Shown here in pieces: positions 54,295 through 64,000 of a stretch of 64,000 nt of DNA. The position numbers and the translations under genes are program-made. Numbering within the stretch: the first letter of the stretch is position 1; the number at the start of each line of letters is the position of its first letter. This DNA comes from an uncultured delta proteobacterium (GTDB lineage Bacteria; Myxococcota_A; Polyangia; Fen-1088): positions 256,001 to 320,000 of the forward strand of contig CAVYGB010000008.1 of the NCBI GenBank assembly GCA_963767925.1, in the 5' to 3' direction. Under the pieces are notes generated by a model. The model was not told the DNA's origin. It saw only the letters and a program-made list of their open reading frames with translations, and did not search any database.

Positions 54295-55395
54295 TCAGTA
54301 GGTGACGGCGGGGAAGTCGGTGCGGGCTTTCTGGTACTGGGCCTCCCAGGCGGCGCCGAAGGCCTGGGTGGCCTGGGCGTGGCAATCGAAGGCGGCGGCG
54401 CCGCACATGAAGTGCACGTATTCCCCGAAGTTCAGGTTCCGGGCGAAGCGGCGGCCGTTCTTCGGCAGGTGCATGGCCACGAGCTGGAAGAACTTCGAGA
54501 GCATCTGTACCCCGCCGTGGTCTTTCCACAGGGGGTAATACCAGTCCCGGAACCAGCGGGTGCCGGCCCGGGGGAAGCTGTCGGTCGTGTTCATGAAGCG
54601 GTTGAACAGGCGCTGGGCATCCTGGGTCATGCCCAGGCCGAGGTAGAGGTCGTACTGGTAGATCTCGGCCCACTTGCTGTCGCCCCAGACGTTGAAGGCG
54701 GGCGAGCCCTGGGCGCCGTTGTTGGCGCTCTCCACGACATGGCCGATCTCGTGGCTGGGGATGTCGTAGGCCCCCTCGTTCCAGGGGCCCGGTCCGCAGT
54801 CGCTGACGTTGCGGTTGTCGTGGGAGGCGTCGAAGTAATAGGACGGGTGCCCGCCCGGATACCGGCCCTGGTGCGAGATCTGGTAGATGCGGGGATCGGG
54901 GCCGAAGTTGTCGCCGTAGACCCGCTTGGTGTATTGCCAGGCCCGGCTCACGAACGACAGGAGCCACTCGGCGTTGGCCCGGGGCACGTCGTCGTCGAAG
55001 TACAGCGCGGCGTGGTCGTCGTAGCCGACCAGCTTGACCACCTGGTTGTGCTCGAACCAGTGCTCCTGCCACTCGGACTGGGGGGGCGGCAGGGTGCGGG
55101 CGCCCGCGTCGGGGCCGCCCGCGGCGTCCGGGCGCCGGCCGTCGCCGGGCGGCCGATCGGGCCCCCGGTCGGCCGGTCGGGCATCGCGGTTCCCCCCGGC
55201 TCCCCCGGCGCCGCCAGCTCCTCCCGCGCCGCCGGCTCCCCCCGCGCCGGCGGTCCCGCCGCCCGTCGCTCCGGTCCCGCCCCGGCCTCCGGTGGCGGCA
55301 GCGTCCGGATCGGCCGGGCCGTCGTCGTCGCAGCCCAGCGGTCCGGCCAGGACGAGCAGCAACAGGGCGGGCGGGACAAGGGTGGCTCTCTGCAT
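54295..55395 (-). CDS. lipoprotein with Gly-rich tether and HExxH (zincin-like) domain
   Basis: Lipobox GPLGC, (GGA)n linker, SHEIGHVVE, later WAE. Confidence 0.75.
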   Translation of the reverse strand: MQRATLVPPALLLLVLAGPLGCDDDGPADPDAAATGGRGGTGATGGGTAGAGGAGGAGGAGGAGGAGGNRDARPADRGPDRPPGDGRRPDAAGGPDAGARTLPPPQSEWQEHWFEHNQVVKLVGYDDHAALYFDDDVPRANAEWLLSFVSRAWQYTKRVYGDNFGPDPRIYQISHQGRYPGGHPSYYFDASHDNRNVSDCGPGPWNEGAYDIPSHEIGHVVESANNGAQGSPAFNVWGDSKWAEIYQYDLYLGLGMTQDAQRLFNRFMNTTDSFPRAGTRWFRDWYYPLWKDHGGVQMLSKFFQLVAMHLPKNGRRFARNLNFGEYVHFMCGAAAFDCHAQATQAFGAAWEAQYQKARTDFPAVTY

Positions 55396-55501
55396 CGGGG
55401 TTCCTCCAGCGTGGACCGGTGTCTTCTCCGGGCACGCCGTTGCACGTGCGACCTCGCCTTACGTTCCGGCCGGGATGCCGGAACTTCGCTCGCCAGGCGC
55501 G

Positions 55502-57634
55502 TCAGCGTTCGGCGGCGATGATCGGGCGGCGCCAGCGGAGGGTGAGGAGCGACTCGAACAGGACCAGCACGATGAGCAGGCCAGCCAGGGCGTGCCAGAG
55601 CTCGACGCGGCGCTTGGGCGGCGGGCCCTCGACCCGGGCGGTGGCCTTCTTGTCGGGCCGCTTGTCCGGCGTCAGGCGCTGGGGGTTGGATTCGCGGGGG
55701 TCGAGGTTGACCACGAAGCCGTCGGACGGCCGGTCGGTCAACATGCCGTCGGCCCCCGCGCTGCGCACCCGGTAGGCGCCCGGCTCGTCGGTCTCGGTGA
55801 ACAGGACGTTGCGGGTGCCGCCCCCCCGATCCTTGCTGGCCACCCAGACCGAGCCGTCTGGCTTGGTGATCTCGAGCCGCCGTTCCTCGGGCGACAGGGG
55901 GATCTCGCGCCGCTGACCGACGGTGAGCACCGAGGTGCCGCTGCGCTCGGAGGTCCCGGCCAGGCGCCGGGCCGCCTCCTGCACGAGGGGGAGGAACCCG
56001 GCGCGGATGGGCAGGTCGGTCCACTCCCTGTCGATGGTGGTGCTGAGGAGCATCACCCGCCCCTTGCCGAGGCTCTTTTCCACCAGGGCGGGCGCGCCCG
56101 TGTCGTAGCGCAGGACCACCACCGACTGGGCGGTGTCGGGCACCGGCTCGAGCAGGAGGAACTTGAAGAAGCGGGCCGAGGAGAGCCCCTCGCCCCGCGA
56201 GGGGAAGGCCGACAGCAGCGGGTGGCGGCGGTCCAGGGGGGCCAGCCGGGCGGCCGGCCGATCGTCGATTGTCTCGCCGACAACCTGACCGGGCAGGGCG
56301 GTGGCGGTGCGCGAGACGCTGAGGGGCTGGGGCAGCAGGGGGCCCAGGCGATCGTTCCAGATCGGGAGGTTGACGCGCGACCCGACCGACAGGAAGAGGC
56401 CGCCGCCCCGCTGGACGTAGCGGACCAGGGCCGCCGCCAGGGGGGCGCTCGGCTCGGCCACGTTGACCAGGAAGACGACGTTGTAGCTCTCGAGGGCGGC
56501 GGGGGCGACGTCGTCGGGCAGGGCCGAGACAACCGAGGTGGTCCGATCGCTGGCTCGCAGGGCGGTCTCGAGGAAGTAGGCCTCGTCCTCCCGCAGGACG
56601 GTCCGGGCGTCGCCGTTGATCACGAGGACCCGCAGGGCGTCGGACAGCTCGAGCCGGGCCCAGCGCCGGTCGTCGAGGGGGAAGTCGTCGCGATCGATGC
56701 TGACCTCGACGTCGTGGGACCCGGCCGCCCCGGCGACGCTGTGGACGAAGGTCTTCTTCTGCCGGCCGGAGGCGGAGAACTCCACGAAGCCCTTCGCCAC
56801 AACGGCGCCGTCGATGCGCAGCACCAGCCCCAGTGAGCTGGCCGGCCTGGCCGAATAGTCGGCCACCTCGGCCTCGACCGATACCGCGCCGGTGCCCAGG
56901 TCGACCGCGGGCTGTGCCGTCACCTTGACCACCGCCCGGTTGTTCCAGGAGAAGGGCTCGGCCACGTCGACCAGCACGAGGTCGGGATCGCCCTCCCGGC
57001 GGGGCGGCCCGTCTTCGCCCCAGCCGGCCGCCTGCAGGTCGGTGATCACGAAGACCCGTCGCTCCGCGCGGCGCGAGGTGGTCAAGATGAGGGCGGCCCG
57101 GCGCAGCGCCTGCACGTAGTCCGCCGCCCGGGCGCTGGCCCGCGCGCCGTCGAGGGCCTGCAGCAGGCGGGTGCGCTCGAGCGACAGCTCGCCGACCCGG
57201 GGCTCGCTCCCCTCGGAGGCCAGCAGCAGCGCCACCTCGGCGTCCTTCGGCAGCTCCTGCAGCAGGCGGCGCGCGCGATCTTTGGCCCGCTCGAACACGG
57301 CGCTGCCGTCGGCCTCCCGGCGCATGCTCGCCGAGTCGTCGAGCACGATGACGGCGCTCTCGGCGCTCAGGCTCTCCTCGGTGAGATCGGAGACCCGCTC
57401 GGCGAAGGGACGGGCGAAGATGAGCGGCAAGGCGGCGGCGATCCCGGTGCGGGCCACCAGCAACAGGATCTCGCGCAGGCGGCGCCGGGCGGCCACCTTG
57501 CGCTCGGCCATCAGCAGGAGCTGCATGGCCGCGAACTTGACCGGGGTGGCCCTTCGCTTGCCGATGAGGTGCACGAGCCAGGGCAGGGCGGCGGCCGCCA
57601 GGCCGAGGAGGATGGAAGGCGCTAGAAAGCCCAT
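55502..57634 (-). CDS. BatA-N / vWA domain membrane protein
   Basis: MGFLAP...PWLVHL, ARP, DDSASM (MIDAS), TDLQ, C-terminal TM helix. Confidence 0.88.
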   Translation of the reverse strand: MGFLAPSILLGLAAAALPWLVHLIGKRRATPVKFAAMQLLLMAERKVAARRRLREILLLVARTGIAAALPLIFARPFAERVSDLTEESLSAESAVIVLDDSASMRREADGSAVFERAKDRARRLLQELPKDAEVALLLASEGSEPRVGELSLERTRLLQALDGARASARAADYVQALRRAALILTTSRRAERRVFVITDLQAAGWGEDGPPRREGDPDLVLVDVAEPFSWNNRAVVKVTAQPAVDLGTGAVSVEAEVADYSARPASSLGLVLRIDGAVVAKGFVEFSASGRQKKTFVHSVAGAAGSHDVEVSIDRDDFPLDDRRWARLELSDALRVLVINGDARTVLREDEAYFLETALRASDRTTSVVSALPDDVAPAALESYNVVFLVNVAEPSAPLAAALVRYVQRGGGLFLSVGSRVNLPIWNDRLGPLLPQPLSVSRTATALPGQVVGETIDDRPAARLAPLDRRHPLLSAFPSRGEGLSSARFFKFLLLEPVPDTAQSVVVLRYDTGAPALVEKSLGKGRVMLLSTTIDREWTDLPIRAGFLPLVQEAARRLAGTSERSGTSVLTVGQRREIPLSPEERRLEITKPDGSVWVASKDRGGGTRNVLFTETDEPGAYRVRSAGADGMLTDRPSDGFVVNLDPRESNPQRLTPDKRPDKKATARVEGPPPKRRVELWHALAGLLIVLVLFESLLTLRWRRPIIAAER

Positions 57635-57640
57635 CGCCGG

Positions 57641-58612
57641 CTATCTCCGGGCGCGCCGCCGCCCGCTCAGGAAGGCGCGCAGCACCTCGGCGGGGGGAGC
57701 GTCGGTGGTGGTGAAGCGGTACTCCACACCGATCTCGACGCAGGCCCGCCGCCAGCGCTCACGGAAGGCGCTCGACTCCGAGCGGAAGGCCTGGCGCAGC
57801 TCGCTCGCCTCGGCGAGCAGGTTGCGCCCGTCGCCGGGTTCCATGGCCTCGAAGAACATGAGGTCCTCGAAGGGCAGCTCGACCTCGTCGCGATCGAGCA
57901 GATGAAAGACCACGACGTCGTGCCCGCGGGCCGCCAGGTTGGCCAGTCGCTCGGCGACGGGGCCGCGGGCGCCGGGCCGCTCGGGCGAGGTGGATCCCGG
58001 CGGGCCCCCCGCCTCGGCGTCGAGCAGATCGGAGAAGATGAGGACGAGGCTGCGCTTGTCGGCCAGCTCCCCCACCTGCCCGAACACCCGATCGGCAGAG
58101 GTCTTGCCGCCCGGAGGGGCCGTCTCGAGCAGGCGAAAGATCTCCCGCACCTGGCCCGAGCGTGTGCTGGGAGGGAGGTAGTGCCGGGTCTGATCGTCGA
58201 ACAGCAGCAGGCCGGCGGGATCCCCTTGCTGGCCGAGCAGGTAGGCCACCGCGCTCGCCAGGTAGCCGGCGTAGGTCAGCTTGCTGACCCCGGCGCGGCC
58301 GTAACCCATGGAGGCCGAGGCGTCGACCACCAGGAAGGTCCGCATCTCGGTCTCGTCCTCGAAGCGCTTGACGTAGTAGCGGTCGACGCGGCCAACCGCC
58401 TTCCAGTCGATGCGGCGGATCTCGTCGCCGGGGGCGTACTCCTTGTGCTCGGTGAACTCCATCGAGGTGCCGGCGTGCAGGTTGTGGTGCATGCCGGAGA
58501 AGGCCCCCTCCACGATGACGCGCGCCCGCAGCGACAGGGTCGCCAGGCTGGCCAGCGCCACGGGATCGAGGGCCAGCCCGCTCGGAACGGAGGGGACAGG
58601 TTCGGTCGACAA
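57641..58612 (-). CDS. DUF58 family protein
   Basis: EFTEHKEYAPGDEIRRIDWK, DASASM, FSD. Confidence 0.92.
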   Translation of the reverse strand: MSTEPVPSVPSGLALDPVALASLATLSLRARVIVEGAFSGMHHNLHAGTSMEFTEHKEYAPGDEIRRIDWKAVGRVDRYYVKRFEDETEMRTFLVVDASASMGYGRAGVSKLTYAGYLASAVAYLLGQQGDPAGLLLFDDQTRHYLPPSTRSGQVREIFRLLETAPPGGKTSADRVFGQVGELADKRSLVLIFSDLLDAEAGGPPGSTSPERPGARGPVAERLANLAARGHDVVVFHLLDRDEVELPFEDLMFFEAMEPGDGRNLLAEASELRQAFRSESSAFRERWRRACVEIGVEYRFTTTDAPPAEVLRAFLSGRRRARR

Positions 58613-58618
58613 GGGGCC

Positions 58619-59782
<1,164 letters not shown>

Positions 59783-59856
59783 TCTGATTCAAGAGAATGC
59801 CACGCGTCGGCAGCGGTCGCAAAGAGGGTAATCCGGATTTCATTCGATCTTTTGCT

Positions 59857-59926
59857 CCGCTCTTTTACCCCGCTCTTTTACCCCGCTCTTTTACCCCGCT
59901 CTTTTACCCCGCTCTTTTACCCCGCT
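59857..59926. repeat. 13-bp tandem repeat (GCTCTTTTACCCC) x5
   Basis: Five perfect consecutive units at 59859-59923. Confidence 0.97.
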
Positions 59927-60232
59927 TGTGTCGGCGCTCGGTTCGCGGTGACCGAGCGTGGGACGACATTGCGTGGGACGAGGTGGTTTGCGGTTTCGGT
60001 GTGGTTCCGGCGAGCAGATTGGGCGCAGCTCCGCCCATCTGATCGGGGTCACTGTGGCACGCCCACTCGTTCCACTGCGTGTTCCGCAGCGTGTTTCTTT
60101 CCTTGGGTGGTCTCGCGGCTGGACGGTGTTGTTCGGCGCGGTGGTTCGGCGTCGTTGTTTGACGTCGTTGCTGGCTCGCGGCCCAGCGTCGTTGCTGGCC
60201 CGCTGGTCGGGCCTCGTCGGGATCGTTGCTGG

Positions 60233-61138
60233 CTAGTCGTCGTACTGCTCGCCGCAGCGGCGCACGAGCAGCGGGGTTAGCGACCCGGCGCGCAGGACCG
60301 GGTGCAGGCGCGCGCCCCGCCCGGCGGCGGTGGCTTCGGGGCTCACCTCGTGATCGAGCACGCCGACGACCTCGACGTCGTCGCCGGGGCCGAGGCTCGT
60401 CTCGCCGAAGATCACCTCGGTCATGGCGCCCCGGCGGTCGGCGCTGGCCCGCCGGCGCAGGGGGCTCGGCAGCGTCTGCATGTTGCGCCCCCAGAACAGC
60501 GGGCGCGTCTCGGGAGGTTGGGGGAGAAAGTAGACGCTGCGCACCCTCACGCTGAGCGCCTCGCCGCTCGGCAAGTCGACCGCGAAGTCGAAGCCCCGGG
60601 TCTCGTGCCAGGGCCGCTCCAGCCCATCGGTGATGTGCCCGGTCACGTAGGTCACCGTGCCCGCGTAGCAGGCGACCACCGCGGGGCGGCGCAGCCCGGC
60701 GGTCTCGAAGGTCGCACCTTCGCGCACCCGACCGCGGATCTTCACGACGTCGCCCCGGCGGCGCTCGGCCAGCGATCGGGTGAACGGCCGCCGGGCAGCC
60801 AGGCGGCGCAGCCGCCGCTCGGCCAGCACCGGGGCGCACAACATCGGCAACACGGAGGACACGTAGAGCCAGACCAGCAGCTCGGGGTAGTGGCTGGCGG
60901 TGAGCAGGCCGGAGGCCATCCCCAGCAGGGAGAACATCGAGGCGCCCACCAGGGTGCCACGGGTCCCCGGCGGCAGGAGCTGCCAGGGGCGGGTCCGCTC
61001 GACCCGCCGGAGCAGCCAGCCGCGCGCGACCGGGTCGAGGGCCCCACCGTCGGGCGGCACCGGCCGCTCGTGAGGCGCATGAGTCGCTGCCGGCTCCCCC
61101 TGTCCCCGCAACGCCAAAGGCCCCCCAGCGTCTTCCAC
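60233..61138 (-). CDS. hypothetical 2-TM protein with GIDE-like beta domain
   Basis: Two TM helices, then VKIRGRV...DFAVD...ETSLGPGDDVEVVGV. Confidence 0.55.
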   Translation of the reverse strand: MEDAGGPLALRGQGEPAATHAPHERPVPPDGGALDPVARGWLLRRVERTRPWQLLPPGTRGTLVGASMFSLLGMASGLLTASHYPELLVWLYVSSVLPMLCAPVLAERRLRRLAARRPFTRSLAERRRGDVVKIRGRVREGATFETAGLRRPAVVACYAGTVTYVTGHITDGLERPWHETRGFDFAVDLPSGEALSVRVRSVYFLPQPPETRPLFWGRNMQTLPSPLRRRASADRRGAMTEVIFGETSLGPGDDVEVVGVLDHEVSPEATAAGRGARLHPVLRAGSLTPLLVRRCGEQYDD

Positions 61139-61208
61139 CCATGGAGTCTAGCCAACGAAGACCCCTGGCGCACCGCCGGGTTGGGGGGTGATTATTACCG
61201 GCGCCCGC

Positions 61209-61535
61209 TCAGCCGGGGCCCTGGCGGGCGGCCGTGCAGGCCGGACAGGGGCACTTCGCGCGCAGGTCCCGGAAGCTGTAGATGCCGGTGCTGTGCCCGT
61301 CGCTCCATTCCATGGAGACGCCGTATTGGCCCACCAGCTCGATGCCTTTGGCCCGGATATTCTGGGGAACCTTCGCCGGATCGAGCAGCGGTCGACCGGA
61401 GGTTTCCTCCACGCAACTGGCGCAGCGACAGGCGAGGCGCAGGTCGCGGGCGCCGAACACCGTCTCGTGGCCGTCGGGCCATTTGAAGGTGATCTTCGAG
61501 CGGAGGAGACCGACGATCTCGTCGGGGATGGGCAT
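61209..61535 (-). CDS. DUF971 (GBBH-like N-terminal) protein
   Basis: [30 protein letters not shown]. Confidence 0.88.
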   Translation of the reverse strand: MPIPDEIVGLLRSKITFKWPDGHETVFGARDLRLACRCASCVEETSGRPLLDPAKVPQNIRAKGIELVGQYGVSMEWSDGHSTGIYSFRDLRAKCPCPACTAARQGPG

Positions 61536-61613
61536 GGCTCCCCAGCTTAGCTCACTCTCGTCCCGGTCGACCCACATGGTACGTTCGGGTCTCCGAAGAA
61601 CCCCGAAGACAGC

Positions 61614-62704
61614 ATGACGGCAGAGAGCGCAGCGGAGACCGAGGACCAGGCGTCGTTGCTGCGCGCTGCCCTGGAGGCGACCGCGGATGGCATCCTGGTC
61701 ATCGACCGGCTGGGCAACGTCGTCACCTACAACGAGCGGTTCCTCGAGCTGTGGCGGATCCCCCCGAGCTGGCTCGCCAGCGAGACAACCCCGGGCTGAT
61801 CCAGTTCGTCCGCGATCAGCTCACCGACCCGGTCGCCTTCTACGAGAGCACCCGGGAGAACCAGGCCAACCCCGAGCGGGAGTTCTTCCTCGTCCTGCGC
61901 TTCAAGGACGGACGGGTCTACGAGCGCTTCTCCCGGCCCCAGCGCCGGGACGGCGAGGTGATCGGGCGGGTGCTGACCTTCCGGGACGTGAGCGAGCGGG
62001 AGCGGCTGCTCGAGCAGGCCCAGGAGGCGGTCCGCCTGCGCGACGAGTTCCTCTCCATCGCGGCCCACGAGATCCGGGGGCCCATCACCTCGATGCGACT
62101 GGCGGTGCAGAGCCTGCGGGCGGGCAGCCTGCCGGCCGAGGCCGTCCCCCAGTCGCTCGACATCATCGATCGCAGCCAGCGCCGGCTGGCCGATTTCGTC
62201 GAGAAGCTGCTCGACCTGGCTCGCTTCCAGACCGGCGCTCTGCAGCTCGACCTCGAGCCGATCGATCTCGCCGAGGTGGTAAAAGACGTGGTCTCCCGGC
62301 ACCAGGTGGAGCTGCAGCGGTCCGGCTCGATCCTCAGCGTGCGCGCCGAGACCGCGGTGGTCGGTCAGTGGGACCGGCTGCGGCTCGACCAGATCGTCAC
62401 GAACCTGTTCTCCAACGCCATCAAGTTCGGGGCGGGAAAGCCGATCGCGATCGAGGTCCGGGCCGAGCCGACCCGGGGGCTGCTGATCGTGGCCGACCAG
62501 GGCATCGGCATCGCCAGCGAAACGCAGCGTCGCCTGTTCCGCCCTTTCCAGCGGGGGGTCTCGATCCGCCACTACGGCGGCCTGGGCCTCGGCCTGCATA
62601 TCGTGCAGACGATTGTCGAGGCGCTGGGCGGGACGGTGGCCTTGACCAGCGCGCCCGGGGCGGGCTCGACCTTCCAGATCGCGCTGCCCCGGGAGCAGGC
62701 CTGA
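61614..62704 (+). CDS. PAS sensor histidine kinase, frameshift near 61780
   Basis: [41 protein letters not shown]. Confidence 0.88.
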
Positions 62705-62797
62705 GGGGACGCCGGCCAGGAAAAAGCGGCGGTCAGCGTCGTGCAAAAAGCGTTGACCGTTTCGGCGCGGTCAGGAAAATGGCCCGCGAGAAGTGTC

Positions 62798-63181
62798 GTG
62801 AGCCGCGCAGCGAAGAACGGATCGAAGCGGATCGCCGTGATCGACGATGACCAGGACATCCGGACGATGGTCTCCTGGGTCCTCCGGCGCGAGGGGTTCA
62901 CGGTCGAGGCGTTCGCCGACGGACGCTGCGCGCTCGATTCGGCCACCGAGGCGCCCGATCTGATCCTGCTCGACTACATGATGCCCCGGCTCAACGCGCC
63001 CGAGTTCCTGGCGGCCCGCAAGGAGCATTCGGTCCTGCGCGATCCGCCGGTGGTGGTCATCTCCGCCTACCCGGAGCTGGCCGACACCGTGGTGGCCGAG
63101 ACGGTGGGGGTCGTGCACAAGCCGATCGACCTCGAGATCCTGGTGGAGTGCGTGCGCTACCACTGCCGGGTGAGCGCCTAG
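62798..63181 (+). CDS. single-domain response regulator
   Basis: IAVIDDD, PDLILLDYMMP, KPID; start uncertain (62741 or 62798). Confidence 0.88.
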   Translation: MSRAAKNGSKRIAVIDDDQDIRTMVSWVLRREGFTVEAFADGRCALDSATEAPDLILLDYMMPRLNAPEFLAARKEHSVLRDPPVVVISAYPELADTVVAETVGVVHKPIDLEILVECVRYHCRVSA

Positions 63182-63201
63182 CCCGCTCTCGCCGTGAGGC
63201 A

Positions 63202-63256
63202 CCAGGGACTGTTTTCGAAGTAGTCGGGTCCCCTCGCTTCGCTCGAGCCCGACTAG
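63202..63256. repeat. CTAG-bounded REP-like mini-element, copy 2
   Basis: 50/53 identical to 9620-9672; TAGTCGGG/CCCGACTA stem. Confidence 0.85.
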
Positions 63257-63417
63257 TCCCCTGGAACGGTGAAGGCTTGCATATGTCGGCGAGGCATCTT
63301 CGTTCCTGGCAAGGCGCGAGGAGGGCGAATACCGGGCGTATTTAACCGACGAGCAACGCAGCCAGGGACGAAGAGGACCGGCGAGATATGCAAGAAATCA
63401 CCGTTCCAGGGGACTAG
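63253..63417. mobile_element. 165-bp palindromic MITE/ERIC-like element
   Basis: Perfect 20-bp terminal inverted repeats CTAGTCCCCTGGAACGGTGA plus nested internal stems; no coding capacity. Confidence 0.75.
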
Positions 63418-64000
63418 GCGGGAGCGAAGCCGAAGACCCGGCCGTAGAAGGCCAGCTCCGCCGACATCACCTGGCGGAGCGTCTCGGCCCGGCGGAAGCC
63501 GTGTTGCTCGCCGGGGAAGGCGTGGTATTCGGCGGGCAGGCCCCGCGCGCGCAGGGCCTGGTACAGGCCTTCGGTCTGGTCGGGGGGCACCACCCGGTCG
63601 TCCAGCCCCTGAAAGAAGATGACGGGCGCGCGCAGGCGGTCGGCGTGGGTGATGGGCGAGCGCTCCCGGTAGAGGTCGGGCCGCTCGGCGAAGGGGGCGA
63701 TCAAGCTGTCGGTGTAGTGGGATTCGAACTTGTGGGTCTCCCGGGCCAGGGCGGCGAGATCGCTGATTCCGTAGTGGCAGGCCCCGGCGGCGAAGCGGTC
63801 CGTCCCCACCAGCGCCGCCAGCACGGTGTAGCCGCCCGCGCTGCCGCCGCGGATGGCGATCCGGCGGGGATCGACGCGGCCCGCGTCGCACAGGGCCTGG
63901 GCGCCGGCCCGGCAATCGTCGACGTCGTAGACGCCCCAGTTGCCCTTGAGGCGATCGCGGTAGACCCGGCCATACCCGGTGCTGCCCCGGTAGTTGACGT
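63414..64000 (-). CDS. S9 prolyl oligopeptidase family peptidase, 5' end outside window
   Basis: [16 protein letters not shown] nucleophile motif, [14 protein letters not shown]. Confidence 0.92.
   Translation of the reverse strand, partial: VNYRGSTGYGRVYRDRLKGNWGVYDVDDCRAGAQALCDAGRVDPRRIAIRGGSAGGYTVLAALVGTDRFAAGACHYGISDLAALARETHKFESHYTDSLIAPFAERPDLYRERSPITHADRLRAPVIFFQGLDDRVVPPDQTEGLYQALRARGLPAEYHAFPGEQHGFRRAETLRQVMSAELAFYGRVFGFAPA

Noticed and set aside
59857..59926. 13-mer array as a replication origin or CRISPR
   Set aside because: No spacers, no DnaA boxes recognised and no rep/dnaA/par genes nearby

Overview
High-GC window of core chromosome, probably from a Myxococcota (Polyangia-like) genome. 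That assignment is an inference from the TIGR04551-like protein, the AgmX/PglI-type domain, Gly/Pro-rich lipoprotein linkers and the ACIII-caa3 operon. Main blocks: (1) three sigma54 enhancer-binding response regulators, and an NtrY/NtrX-like pair beside a sigma54-promoted Omp85/POTRA + DUF4390 operon; (2) pyrG - GT87-like glycosyltransferase - rpoN-hpf-ptsN-hprK-rapZ-EIIA-HPr-EI, lacking the kds/lpt LPS genes that normally sit between pyrG and rpoN; (3) lipoprotein + TonB-dependent receptor followed by a complete alternative complex III (actABCDEFG)-sco-caa3 (A2-type) oxidase operon; (4) MoxR-DUF58-BatA/vWA plus assorted envelope and housekeeping genes. Non-coding highlights are a family of CTAG-bounded miniature palindromic elements at TAG stop codons (including a 165-bp ERIC-like hairpin with perfect 20-bp terminal inverted repeats), a 13-bp x5 tandem repeat, a 62-bp direct repeat and two good sigma54 promoters. 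Many conserved genes carry single-base frameshifts, most likely long-read indel errors. No rRNA, tRNA, CRISPR array, transposase or prophage was recognised.
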